64,000 bases of DNA from Nitrospirota bacterium. Lineage in GTDB: Bacteria > Nitrospirota > UBA9217. The stretch is from positions 672,001 through 736,000 of the forward strand of contig CAWBNQ010000003.1 of assembly GCA_963790205.1 (NCBI GenBank), given 5' to 3'. The translations under genes and the position numbers were made by a program. How positions within the stretch are numbered: the first letter of the stretch is position 1; every line of letters begins with the position of its first letter. Below, piece by piece: positions 40,202-49,377 of this stretch. The notes under the pieces are model-generated. The model was not told the DNA's origin and made no database searches. It saw only the letters and a program-made list of their open reading frames with translations.

Positions 40202-40699
40202 ATGATTGTTTTTACGCGTATAGACGACCGGTTGATCCACGGGCAGGTGGTGGAGGGCTGGGTGAATTTCCTGAAAGCGACCGCGATCCTGGTCGCCGAC
40301 GACCGGGTGGCGGCGAACGCGCTCCAGCGGTCCATCATGGAGATATCGGCGCCTCAAGGTCTCGGGGTATTTATCGGCACGGTGGAGGACGTGTGCGGCA
40401 GGCTGCGTACTCCCGCGCCCGGCGATGAGCGGGCCATCCTGCTCTTCTCGACCCCCGCGGATGTCCTCCGGGCGCTTAAACTCGGGCTGGATTGCCGGGC
40501 GCTCAATATCGGGGGAATGCATTACGTGCCCGGCAAGCGCAAGCTCATCGATGTGCTGGCCGTCGACGACAGGGACCTGGAAGCGCTGAAAGAGATCGCC
40601 GCCCGGGGGATCAAGGTAGAGATACGGGCGGTCCCGACCCAGAAGTCCCTGCCCCTCGAAAAGCTGTTCAAGGTCTGCCGCCTGGACGAAAAAACGTAG
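40202..40699 (+). CDS. PTS mannose-family EIIB
   Basis: RIDDRLIHGQV, LNIGGM. Confidence 0.93.
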   Translation: MIVFTRIDDRLIHGQVVEGWVNFLKATAILVADDRVAANALQRSIMEISAPQGLGVFIGTVEDVCGRLRTPAPGDERAILLFSTPADVLRALKLGLDCRALNIGGMHYVPGKRKLIDVLAVDDRDLEALKEIAARGIKVEIRAVPTQKSLPLEKLFKVCRLDEKT

Positions 40700-40726
40700 C
40701 AAACGAAAAAGACTACCCGCTTATCC

Positions 40727-41512
40727 ATGATGATTTTTGATTTCCATACGCTTTTCGTCATCTTCGGCATCGCTCTGGTCGGAGGGGTCCTCGGGCTCGA
40801 CAGGACGGCCGCTGGACAGTTCATGATCTCTCAGCCGATAGTCGCCGGTCCGCTCATTGGGTGGATGCTCGGCGACACGGCCGCGGGGGTGGTAATCGGC
40901 GCGGTGCTTGAACTGATCTGGGTCCTCGACATGCCGGTGGGCACGTTCGTCCCCGCTGATTCCACCATCGGCGCGGTTTCGGCAACGGCCATTGCGGCCC
41001 TCGGGGGCGGCGGACACGCGACACCCGACCTGATCGGATTCAGCGTCCTTCTGACGACGGCGATGGTGCCGGTTACCATGGCGGTCGACGGGATCGTTCG
41101 CAAGCGCAACTCCCGGCTTGCCGAGAGGGCGGCGGCCGCACCGGGGGAGGACGCGGGGAAAAAGCTGTCCCGCGCGCACCTGACGGGATTGGCGGTCTTT
41201 TTTCTTAAATCGTTTGTCCTGTACCTTGTTTTTATTCCGGCGGGACTGTTTGCGGCTTCGCTGTTTGCCCGTATGCCGGAGAAAGCGCACAACGCCCTGG
41301 CCCTGTTTGTCAAGCTGCTTCCGTTGCTCGGCGCGGCACTGGTCGTCCGCAAGCTGTCGATCCGAAATCTGGACCGGTTCTTCCTGGCCGGTTTTGTCGT
41401 TGCCGCGCTCTTGACGCCGGTGTTTTCGCTGTACCCGCTGATCATTATCCTGCTCGTTATCACGGCGGGTTATTTAACAATGAAGGGATCATCGTTTCGC
41501 CAAAACGGGTAG
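40727..41512 (+). CDS. PTS mannose-family EIIC
   Basis: QFMISQPIVAG, GAVLELIW...PVGT; multi-TM. Confidence 0.88.
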   Translation: MMIFDFHTLFVIFGIALVGGVLGLDRTAAGQFMISQPIVAGPLIGWMLGDTAAGVVIGAVLELIWVLDMPVGTFVPADSTIGAVSATAIAALGGGGHATPDLIGFSVLLTTAMVPVTMAVDGIVRKRNSRLAERAAAAPGEDAGKKLSRAHLTGLAVFFLKSFVLYLVFIPAGLFAASLFARMPEKAHNALALFVKLLPLLGAALVVRKLSIRNLDRFFLAGFVVAALLTPVFSLYPLIIILLVITAGYLTMKGSSFRQNG

Positions 41513-41610
41513 TGCATTTATCTTCAAATCATAAAAGCCTTGTAACCATGAGGTGGAATTATCCTTTTTAGTACGTCGTTTTTGAAATTTGCTTTTTGAG
41601 GCGGACAACC

Positions 41611-42390
41611 ATGAACGAGGACCAGAGAGCCGTTAGGACGCTGGATTTGCTGAAGGTCTTTTTGCGGTCCTTTCTGATCCAGGCCTCGTGGAGCTATGAC
41701 CGGATGCAGTCGCTCGGCTTTGCCTACGCCATCCAGCCGGTTTTACGAAGGCTCTACCCGGACCGGGAAGAATACCGGTCCAGGCTGGACCTCCACATGG
41801 AGTATTTCAATACCCAGCCCTACCTTGCGGCGTTTATCCTTGGAGCAGCGGCGAGGATGGAGCTGGAGCGGGCCTCAGGCCGTGACCGGGAAGCTGACAT
41901 TTCGGGGCTCAAAAGCGCGCTGATGGCGCCGCTGGGAGCGCTCGGTGACAGTTTTTTCTGGGGGGCGCTTATGCCGCTGGCGGCCGTTATCGCCGTGGCA
42001 ATGCTCATGACGGGCGCCTGGTGGGCGCCCTTGCTGTTCCTCGTTTTGTATAACAGCTGGCATGTCGGGCTCAGGGCCGGAGTATTTGTGTGGGGCTATC
42101 AGAGCGCCGGCGACGCGGTAGCGCTCATGGCCCGTTACAGCTTCACAAAAATGGCGAGATTGTTCAAAGCGGTCTCCCTGACCGTGATCGGGGGGATCCT
42201 CGGCATGGCTTCATGCTGGAGGCCGGAACTCAAACTGACGGTTTCTTTGCCCGGTTTCGTCAACGCCGCTGCCGGGCTCGTGATAACGCTCGTTCTGGTC
42301 GTGGTCCTGAGAAAAGGGGGATCGCCGGTAAAACTCATGCTCGGGCTGGCAGGCGTCTGCCTTGTCCTGGCGTACATAGGAGTCGGTTGA
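41611..42390 (+). CDS. PTS mannose-family EIID
   Basis: SWSYDRMQSLGF, FNTQPY, PLGALGDSFFW. Confidence 0.92.
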   Translation: MNEDQRAVRTLDLLKVFLRSFLIQASWSYDRMQSLGFAYAIQPVLRRLYPDREEYRSRLDLHMEYFNTQPYLAAFILGAAARMELERASGRDREADISGLKSALMAPLGALGDSFFWGALMPLAAVIAVAMLMTGAWWAPLLFLVLYNSWHVGLRAGVFVWGYQSAGDAVALMARYSFTKMARLFKAVSLTVIGGILGMASCWRPELKLTVSLPGFVNAAAGLVITLVLVVVLRKGGSPVKLMLGLAGVCLVLAYIGVG

Positions 42391-42659
42391 TGATGAAAAA
42401 AGAGCTGCTGATCGAAAACAAACTCGGCCTTCACGCCCGGGCTGCGGCCCAGATCGTGAAGTCCGCGAGCGCCTACACGTCGAAGATCACCCTGATGAAA
42501 GACGGCCTCGAAGTGGACGGCAAGAGCATCATGGGCATCATGATGCTCGCCGCTGCCAAGGGGAGCAGTGTCCTCCTTGAGGTGCGCGGCGAGGATGAGG
42601 GCCGGGCGGTGGCAGGGCTGGAGCAGCTGTTCAAGGACAAGTTCGGGGAGAAGGAATAG
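42390..42659 (+). CDS. ptsH: Phosphocarrier protein HPr
   Basis: GLHARAA (His15), GKSIMGIMML (Ser46). Confidence 0.95.
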   Translation: MMKKELLIENKLGLHARAAAQIVKSASAYTSKITLMKDGLEVDGKSIMGIMMLAAAKGSSVLLEVRGEDEGRAVAGLEQLFKDKFGEKE

Positions 42660-42714
42660 AGAAAGACAGCAAGCAGTAAACAGGAAGCACTCACCAGTGA
42701 ACAGGACAGAGATA

Positions 42715-44469
42715 ATGCACGAAAAAATATACAGAGGCATCGTGGCGTCGCCCGGCATCGTGATCGGCAGGGCTTACCTCCTCGACCGGCGAAAGATCGT
42801 GGTGGCGGGCCAGCGGATAGAGGACGTCAGCGTCAAGGACGAAGTGGCCCGGTTTAAGCGGGCGGTGGAGCTTTCAAGGACCCAGCTTGAGGACCTCAAA
42901 AAGCGCTTCAGCAAGGGCGTCGGAAAATCCCACCTCTATATCCTCGATACGCACATCATGCTTCTCGGGGACAAGATGCTGGTCGACGACACGGTCAAGC
43001 GGATCAAGGAATCGCACATCAACGCCGAGGGCGCGCTCACGGAAACCATTTCCGTGATCGGGCTCAAGTTCGACACGATCGAGGACGAATACCTCCGGGA
43101 GCGCAAACGCGACGTCGAACAGGTGGGGGAACGGGTCCTCAGGAACCTGGTCGGCCACCGCCAGGAGAGCCTCTCCAACATCAAGGACGAGGCGGTGATC
43201 ATCGCCCACGACCTTGCGCCGACCGATACGCTCCAGATGCGCAAGGACAAGATCCTGGGCTTCGCCACCGACGCGGGGAGCCGGACCTCCCACACGGCCA
43301 TCCTCGCCCGTTCGCTCGGCATCCCGGCGGCGGTCGGCCTCGAGAACATCACGGCGGCGGTCAAGACCGGGGACGTGGTCATCCTTGACGGCCTTCACGG
43401 CGTGGTGATCGTCGATCCCGACGAGGAGACGTTCCTCGACTACCTCAAAAAGCAGCGCCGGTATAAATACTTCGAGCAGGAGCTTGAAAAGCTCAAGACG
43501 CTTCCCGCCGAGACGCTCGACGGCCACGTGGTCCAGCTCCAGGGCAACATCGAGCTGCCCGAGGAAGCGACCTCCGCGGCGGACCACGGCGGGAGCGGCA
43601 TCGGCCTCTACCGCACGGAGTTCCTCTTTCTGAACCGGGAGACCCTGCCCACGGAAGAGGAGCATTACCGCGCCTACCGCCACGTGGCGGAGAAGGCCTA
43701 CCCGCATGAAGTGGTCATCCGCACGCTCGACGTGGGCGGCGACAAGATCGGCCTTCCCGGGGGCTTTGAAAAGGAATCGAACCCGGCTCTCGGTCTGCGG
43801 GCGATCCGTTTCTGCCTCCAGAAACGGGACCTCTTCCGGACGCAGCTCCGCGGCATCCTCAGGGCAACGGCGCACGGGAACATCAAGATCCTCTATCCTA
43901 TGATCTCCGGACTCCCGGAACTGTATGAAACCAAAAAGATCCTCGAAGAGGCGCGAACGGAACTCAGGGCGGAAGGCAAAAAATTCAACGAGCAGGCGGA
44001 AACCGGCATCATGATCGAGATCCCCTCGGCCGCAATGACCGCCGACCTGCTTGCCCGGGAAGTCGATTTCTTCAGCGTCGGCACCAACGACCTCATCCAG
44101 TACACGCTCGCGATCGACCGTCAGAACGAACATGTGGCATATATGTACGAGCCGCTCGACCCGGCCGTCCTCCGTCTGCTCCATCGCGTATCGGACGCCG
44201 CCCACAAAGCGAAGATCACCCTTGCGATGTGCGGCGAAATGGCGGGGGACCCGCTGTATGCCGCGATCCTGATCGGCATGGGGTTCCAGCACCTCAGCAT
44301 GAACGTCGCCTCGATCCCCTGGGTCAAGAAGGTGATCCGGTCGGTGCGCATGCAGGACGCGGTCGAGCTCGCGTCGCTCGTGATGCAGCAGCCCACGGCC
44401 GCGCTTGCGCGCAAGACCGCCGAAAACTTCATGGAAGACCGGTTCCCGGACCTCTGGGCGGAGCTGTAA
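42715..44469 (+). CDS. ptsI: PEP-protein phosphotransferase (Enzyme I)
   Basis: TSHTAILARS, GLYRTEFL, DFFSVGTNDLIQY, CGEMAG. Confidence 0.97.
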   Translation: MHEKIYRGIVASPGIVIGRAYLLDRRKIVVAGQRIEDVSVKDEVARFKRAVELSRTQLEDLKKRFSKGVGKSHLYILDTHIMLLGDKMLVDDTVKRIKESHINAEGALTETISVIGLKFDTIEDEYLRERKRDVEQVGERVLRNLVGHRQESLSNIKDEAVIIAHDLAPTDTLQMRKDKILGFATDAGSRTSHTAILARSLGIPAAVGLENITAAVKTGDVVILDGLHGVVIVDPDEETFLDYLKKQRRYKYFEQELEKLKTLPAETLDGHVVQLQGNIELPEEATSAADHGGSGIGLYRTEFLFLNRETLPTEEEHYRAYRHVAEKAYPHEVVIRTLDVGGDKIGLPGGFEKESNPALGLRAIRFCLQKRDLFRTQLRGILRATAHGNIKILYPMISGLPELYETKKILEEARTELRAEGKKFNEQAETGIMIEIPSAAMTADLLAREVDFFSVGTNDLIQYTLAIDRQNEHVAYMYEPLDPAVLRLLHRVSDAAHKAKITLAMCGEMAGDPLYAAILIGMGFQHLSMNVASIPWVKKVIRSVRMQDAVELASLVMQQPTAALARKTAENFMEDRFPDLWAEL

Positions 44470-44661
44470 GGAATTTCAGATTTCGAATTCACCCTGCACT
44501 CGCGCGAGACACAATACTTAGACCCATTGTCGTACCATCTCGCCGAGTATCGCGAGACGGGAATCAAGGGCCTCATAAACGCTGGGCGCAGGCGGATTGC
44601 GGAACAGAAAACAAGAAACTTATGAATTTCAATTCGCAATCCGCAACCCGCATTCCGCAAT
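44470..44661. repeat. Heptamer-repeat hairpin containing a CCCTGCAC...GCGCAG mini-element (44492-44591)
   Basis: GCGGATTGCGGAA / TTCGCAATCCGCAACCCGCATTCCGCAAT arms; insert termini shared with 4696-4737. Confidence 0.7.
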
Positions 44662-44678
44662 AGTAAAGGAGTACAGCA

Positions 44679-45806
44679 GTGCAGCATACGGAAAATGCAA
44701 TATCCAATCCCCCGGGCACGCTTGAAAGCGCCCAAAAGACTGCAAGAGTTCACGGCGGCAACATCCATGGGGCGATAAAGCGTTACGGGCTCGAAGGAAA
44801 AAAGGTCCTCGACTTCAGCTCGAACGTCAACCCGCTCGGGCCCTCAAAAACGGCCAGGCAAGCGGCTAAAAAGGCGCTTGCGCTTATCGACCGCTATCCC
44901 GATCCCGATATGACCGAGTTAAGGAAAGCGATCGCGCGTTATTTCGGTATCAAACCAGGGCAGGTCATCTGCGGGAACGGGTCGAACGAACTCATTCATC
45001 TCATCCCGCGCGTGTTCAGGCCGAAAAAGGTCCTGGTCCCCATGCCGACCTTCACGGAATATGCCGCGGCCGTGGAAGAGGCCGGAGGAGAGGTCGTGCC
45101 GCTCCGGCTCGATGAACGGGAAGGGTTCCGGGTCGACCCCCTCGAAATGGCCTTCGCGCTCAAAGGAATGGACATGGCCTTCCTCTGCAATCCCAACAAT
45201 CCCACGGGCCTGCTCATGACCAGGGCGGAGACGGCCGAACTCATGGGACACGCGTTTCAATACGGAGTGAGACTGGTCGTCGATGAAGCGTTCATGGATT
45301 TCATCGAATCCGAATCGATCGTCAAGCAGGCCGTGGAAGCTTCGCAGCTCATCTGCCTCAGGTCCTTTGCCAAGTTCTTCGGCATGCCGGGCCTGAGGAT
45401 CGGATATGCCGTGTCCGATGAAGCGACGATAGCGGCCCTCCGGGCGGGCCAGGAGCCATGGGCCGTTAATATTCCGGCGGAGCATGCGGCCATTGCCGCG
45501 TTGAACGACTGGCGGTACATCAAAAAGACGCGCCGGGTGATCGAGAAGGAGCGTGACCGGCTCCTGTCGGACCTCCGGCTTCTGCCCGGCGTGGAGCCCT
45601 TTCCCAGCGCTGCAAACTTCATCTTCGTGAAAGTCGGTTCCTTCGACGCGCCCCTGCTCGTCGAGAAGCTCGGCCGCCGGGGCCTCCTGGTCCGCGACTG
45701 CTCCTCCTTTCCCGGTCTCGACAACGGTTTTGTGAGGATCGCGGTCCGGACGGGCCGGGAGAACCGCCGCCTTGTCAAGGCCCTGCGGGGGCTGCTGACC
45801 CGGTAA
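44679..45806 (+). CDS. cobD: Threonine-phosphate decarboxylase CobD / HisC-like PLP enzyme
   Basis: HGGN, DFSSNVNPLG, CNPNNPTG, VVDEAFMDF, RSFAKFFGMPGLRIGY. Confidence 0.85.
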   Translation: MQHTENAISNPPGTLESAQKTARVHGGNIHGAIKRYGLEGKKVLDFSSNVNPLGPSKTARQAAKKALALIDRYPDPDMTELRKAIARYFGIKPGQVICGNGSNELIHLIPRVFRPKKVLVPMPTFTEYAAAVEEAGGEVVPLRLDEREGFRVDPLEMAFALKGMDMAFLCNPNNPTGLLMTRAETAELMGHAFQYGVRLVVDEAFMDFIESESIVKQAVEASQLICLRSFAKFFGMPGLRIGYAVSDEATIAALRAGQEPWAVNIPAEHAAIAALNDWRYIKKTRRVIEKERDRLLSDLRLLPGVEPFPSAANFIFVKVGSFDAPLLVEKLGRRGLLVRDCSSFPGLDNGFVRIAVRTGRENRRLVKALRGLLTR

Positions 45807-47304
45807 ACGGCCCTGCTCCGCCGGCCCGCAACAGGCAAGTGGTCCTGCCTTGTCCACAGTCAATCATGCCGTAAGGCTTTAAAACCCCGGCCCTCTGCTC
45901 CATTCACGGGAACTTCGTGCACACGGGAATACAAACTCGGAAAATCAGAAGTCCGTTTCGGAACGATCGGTGTGATCTTCATTGGCGACGGAGCGCCTAC
46001 TCTCTACCTTGTGGCCGGCTCCGGCAACGCGATCACCGAAATATGCGAGGCCAAGAGCACCGCTATGGCCGCCATCAGCTACAAACCTGCCGCCCTGCAC
46101 GCGGGCCATGTATTTCTGCAACAAAGTGTTCTCAGGTTTTTCGAAGCTGAAAATCAGGGTTTCCCCGATTGACTTTCGAGTTCTAAAATATTATGGTTGA
46201 TGGAAAAAAGCAGGTTGCTCCAAAAGTACTTTCTGAAAATAGCACTTCCTTGCATTTACTGGTTCGACGATTCACGGTTAGAACAGTATCAGTATTCCCG
46301 CTTTCGCATTGCCGCATTACCTCGTTTAGCTTTTGCTTTAAAAATAAAATAAACGGAGAACAGACCATGCAGGCTGCTGCTTGTATTCGAGGGAATGGAC
46401 GTGCGTTACTTTGCCTGAGTTTTTTCTTACTGCTTTCATTCGCTCATTCGTCTCCGGCGCAGCAGGTTCCTCCCGGCACCGTTAGCTGCACTGAAAGTGA
46501 TGATCGCAATGGTGAATACTATAAGGCATGTTCGGTAACGTGCGGGCCTGCGGATTGGGGCTATTCCGTTGATATCAGCATTTACGGCGATATTTGGGAT
46601 GCCCGTATAGGGGGGTACGGATGGGTTGAAACAGGATCCTACGGCGTGGCTTTGCAATGCGTAAATGGGTGGACAGCTAGTTGGGTGAACGTGGAATATG
46701 ATACCGAGGCATGGGTTGATTTCGACAACTGGGTGGCGATTCCCATTCCGGCCCCGCCCGCCGTCACCATCAACCCCGTGACCACACCGACGAATCTGCA
46801 AAGCCAGATGCTCAGCGGGACCATGAAGACAGGATCCACAATTGCGGTCACTTGCCCGACGGCAACAGTCGGCTCCGTGACCTATCCCACGTCCACATCA
46901 TGGACGGCAACGCTCAATATGCAGCCGGGGAACAATGCAATAACCGTTATTGCTACGGATTCCGCGGGCACTCCGTCCGCTCTTCAGACAAGCATAATGT
47001 TAAGGCTTCTTTCTGAACGCTTTATTCAGAAAGAAGCTGGTTGGGCTAAGCCGTTGCGCGCCACGTCGCTATGGGATTTCAAATGATTTGTCAGCTTAAA
47101 ACGAAGTCCGCGGAGACAGCATTGGCAGGGGCGTGAGACTTGTTCGGGTGAAAAGCGGCGATTCCGGACTGCTCCGCAAGCCCCTTTCGTAAAAGACTAT
47201 ACAGGAAAAAGGGCTTTTGGGCAATAGGGTATCGTTGCGAAAGACGTGACTTTTTTCGGGGATGGATGTCGGAGTCGGGTTGTTCATTTCAGTGCTTGTG
47301 GTAA

Positions 47305-48498
47305 TCATATTCGCGGCGGTCCTTTGCAGCGCGCGGGCTGCATGATCTCGATTGTGCGCATTCTGCGTTCGCCGCAGGCAGGGCATTTGGCCACGTCAAT
47401 GCCGGCGATCCTGAGCAAAGCTTCCTGCCACGTCTCAGTCTTCTGCTCCGCCTCGTTCTGATCAACGCAGGCCAGAAGCTCTCTGCATTGGTCGAGTTTC
47501 TTTCTGCGGCATCTGTTTCCCAACAGACCGTAATGCCTGATTTTGACAAACCGGTCGGGCAGGACATGAAGCAGGAACCGCCGGATGAACTCATCGGCGT
47601 CCACGGTCATGATCTTGCTTTTGTTGCTGTCCGCGTAGTCGCGCCACCGGAAGGAGATCTTGTCGTCCATCATCTTCACGAGCCGGTGATTGCTGATCGC
47701 GATACGGTGGGTGTATCTGCCGAGATACTCAAGAACGCCTTTTGTTCCGTCGAACGGCGGCTTACAATAGACGACCCACTGCTTCTTGTACAAATCGGCG
47801 ATGAAGGCCTTGAAAACTCCCGGCGACGCAAGATGGCTTACGACGCCGGGGTAGACAAGTTTGTTCTCGGCACGGAGTTTTTTCAGATAAGCGAGAAACT
47901 TCCCCCGAAAGAGTTTCGACATGACCTTGACGGGAAGGAAAAAGCCATTCTTGCATGATTTCCATTTCCGTCCGCCCTTGGACAATCCGCCGCCGGTGAC
48001 GATGTTGTGGAGATGCGGATGATCCATAAGGTTCTGTCCCCAGGTGTGCAGGATCGAGATAAAACCGATTTCCGCGCCCAAGTGTTTCTGCGTATTCGAG
48101 AGTTCCGTCAGGGTTTCCGAAACGGCCTTGAACAGGATCCCGTAGAGGGCCTCCTGGTTCCGGAGCACAAGGGGATTGAGTTTATCGGGGATGGTAAAAA
48201 CGACATGGAAGTAAGGAATGGGAAGCAGGTCTTCTTCCCGGGCCTCGATCCACTGCTCTTTTTTAAGGAACTGGCACTTGGGGCAATGCCGGTTTCTGCA
48301 GGAGTTGTACGAGATCACTTTTGTCCCGCAGTGCTCGCATTCGTCCACGTGACCGCCTTGGTCGGCGGTGCGGCAGGTCTCGATCGCCCGCATGGCGCGA
48401 AGACGATTCAAGGGCATGGGATGAGCGTTCCGGTAAAGAGGACCGTACCGGCGAAAGATGTCCGCGACTTCGATCTGTAGGCTATCTCGCGTGTACAC
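47305..48498 (-). CDS. IS91-family (Y2/HUH) transposase with Zn-binding N-terminal domain
   Basis: YNSCRNRHCPKCQ, YFHVVFT, LHTWG...HPHLH, YLGRY, FIRRFLLHVLP, IRHYG. Confidence 0.95.
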   Translation of the reverse strand: MYTRDSLQIEVADIFRRYGPLYRNAHPMPLNRLRAMRAIETCRTADQGGHVDECEHCGTKVISYNSCRNRHCPKCQFLKKEQWIEAREEDLLPIPYFHVVFTIPDKLNPLVLRNQEALYGILFKAVSETLTELSNTQKHLGAEIGFISILHTWGQNLMDHPHLHNIVTGGGLSKGGRKWKSCKNGFFLPVKVMSKLFRGKFLAYLKKLRAENKLVYPGVVSHLASPGVFKAFIADLYKKQWVVYCKPPFDGTKGVLEYLGRYTHRIAISNHRLVKMMDDKISFRWRDYADSNKSKIMTVDADEFIRRFLLHVLPDRFVKIRHYGLLGNRCRRKKLDQCRELLACVDQNEAEQKTETWQEALLRIAGIDVAKCPACGERRMRTIEIMQPARCKGPPRI

Positions 48499-48519
48499 CG
48501 CGGGTGTCGCGTGTGCAGG

Positions 48520-49377
48520 CTACGAGGTTTGTGGAGGATTTAAGAAGGGGCCTAAGTCCAGAGGGCTCACGATCTTTGAGAGGTTCTTTTTGCTCACGTG
48601 GAGATAAATAGTGGTCGTTCTCACCGACGCATGGCCGAGCAGAAGCTGAATATAGTGCAGATCAGCTCCCGACTCCAGCAGGTGTGTGGCGAAGCTATGC
48701 CGAAGCGTGTGACAACTTGCCGGCTTCGTGATGCCGGCTTTTTTCTTCGCGCGTTTGAACGCCTCTTGGACGGTGCTAATGGAAATGTAGTTTTCAGGCT
48801 TTTCTCCCGGAAAGAGCCAATGCGTCGGTCTATATTCTTTCCAGTATTCCCGAAGCGCTTCCAGCGCTACCTGGGATAAAAGGGTATACCGGTCTTTTTT
48901 GCCTTTGCCCTGGTCCACGCGTATCAGCATACGGCTGCTGTCGATGTCCGTGATCTTGAGCCGGGCGGTCTCGCTCGCCCGGAGCCCTGCCGAGTAGGTC
49001 ACCATCAGCATCACGCGCTGCTTCAGGCTGGGAGTGGCTTCGAACATGGCCTGTACCTCCTCCCGTTCGAGAACGATAGGAAGTGTCTTGGTCGTCTTCG
49101 GATAGGGAATCTTGTCCATCACCCAACCTTTGCCCAGCGTCGTTTCATAGAGGAACCGCAGCGCGCTGTAAGTTATCTTCAGGGTGGATAGCGATACCTT
49201 CTTATCCCGGACGAGGTAAAGCAGATACGCTTTGACATCGCCGTCTTCCAAAAGGTCGGGCGGTTTTTTAAAATGGCGTTCCATATCGCGCGCCGCCCGG
49301 TGATACAATGATTGCGTCTTCGGGGCTAATCCTCGAAGCACCATGTCGCCCTGCATCTGTTCTTTGAACGTTTCCAT
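48520..49377 (-). CDS. Tyrosine recombinase / integrase (integron-integrase-like)
   Basis: YSAGLRASE, GKGKKDR, HTLRHSFATHLLE, LLGH, TTIY. Confidence 0.95.
   Translation of the reverse strand: METFKEQMQGDMVLRGLAPKTQSLYHRAARDMERHFKKPPDLLEDGDVKAYLLYLVRDKKVSLSTLKITYSALRFLYETTLGKGWVMDKIPYPKTTKTLPIVLEREEVQAMFEATPSLKQRVMLMVTYSAGLRASETARLKITDIDSSRMLIRVDQGKGKKDRYTLLSQVALEALREYWKEYRPTHWLFPGEKPENYISISTVQEAFKRAKKKAGITKPASCHTLRHSFATHLLESGADLHYIQLLLGHASVRTTTIYLHVSKKNLSKIVSPLDLGPFLNPPQTS

Noticed and set aside
42874..44292. Long antisense ORFs (also 8612-9646, 24583-26055, 25610-26689 and others)
   Set aside because: Shadows of well-supported genes in GC-rich DNA with no recognisable motifs.
44470..44678. 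Cobalamin or SAM riboswitch upstream of cobD
   Set aside because: No B12 box or SAM-I core was recognisable; the structure is explained by repeat elements.
45917..46366. Short ORFs and the long 5' extension (46193) between cobD and the surface protein
   Set aside because: No motifs or convincing RBS; the ATG at 46367 has a GGAG RBS and a signal peptide.
46999..47050. Hairpin with GTT/AAC ends as an integron attC site, and the integrase as IntI
   Set aside because: The arms are perfect with no extrahelical bases or proper R'/R'' pairing, there is no cassette array, and the integrase is paired with an IS91-type transposase.
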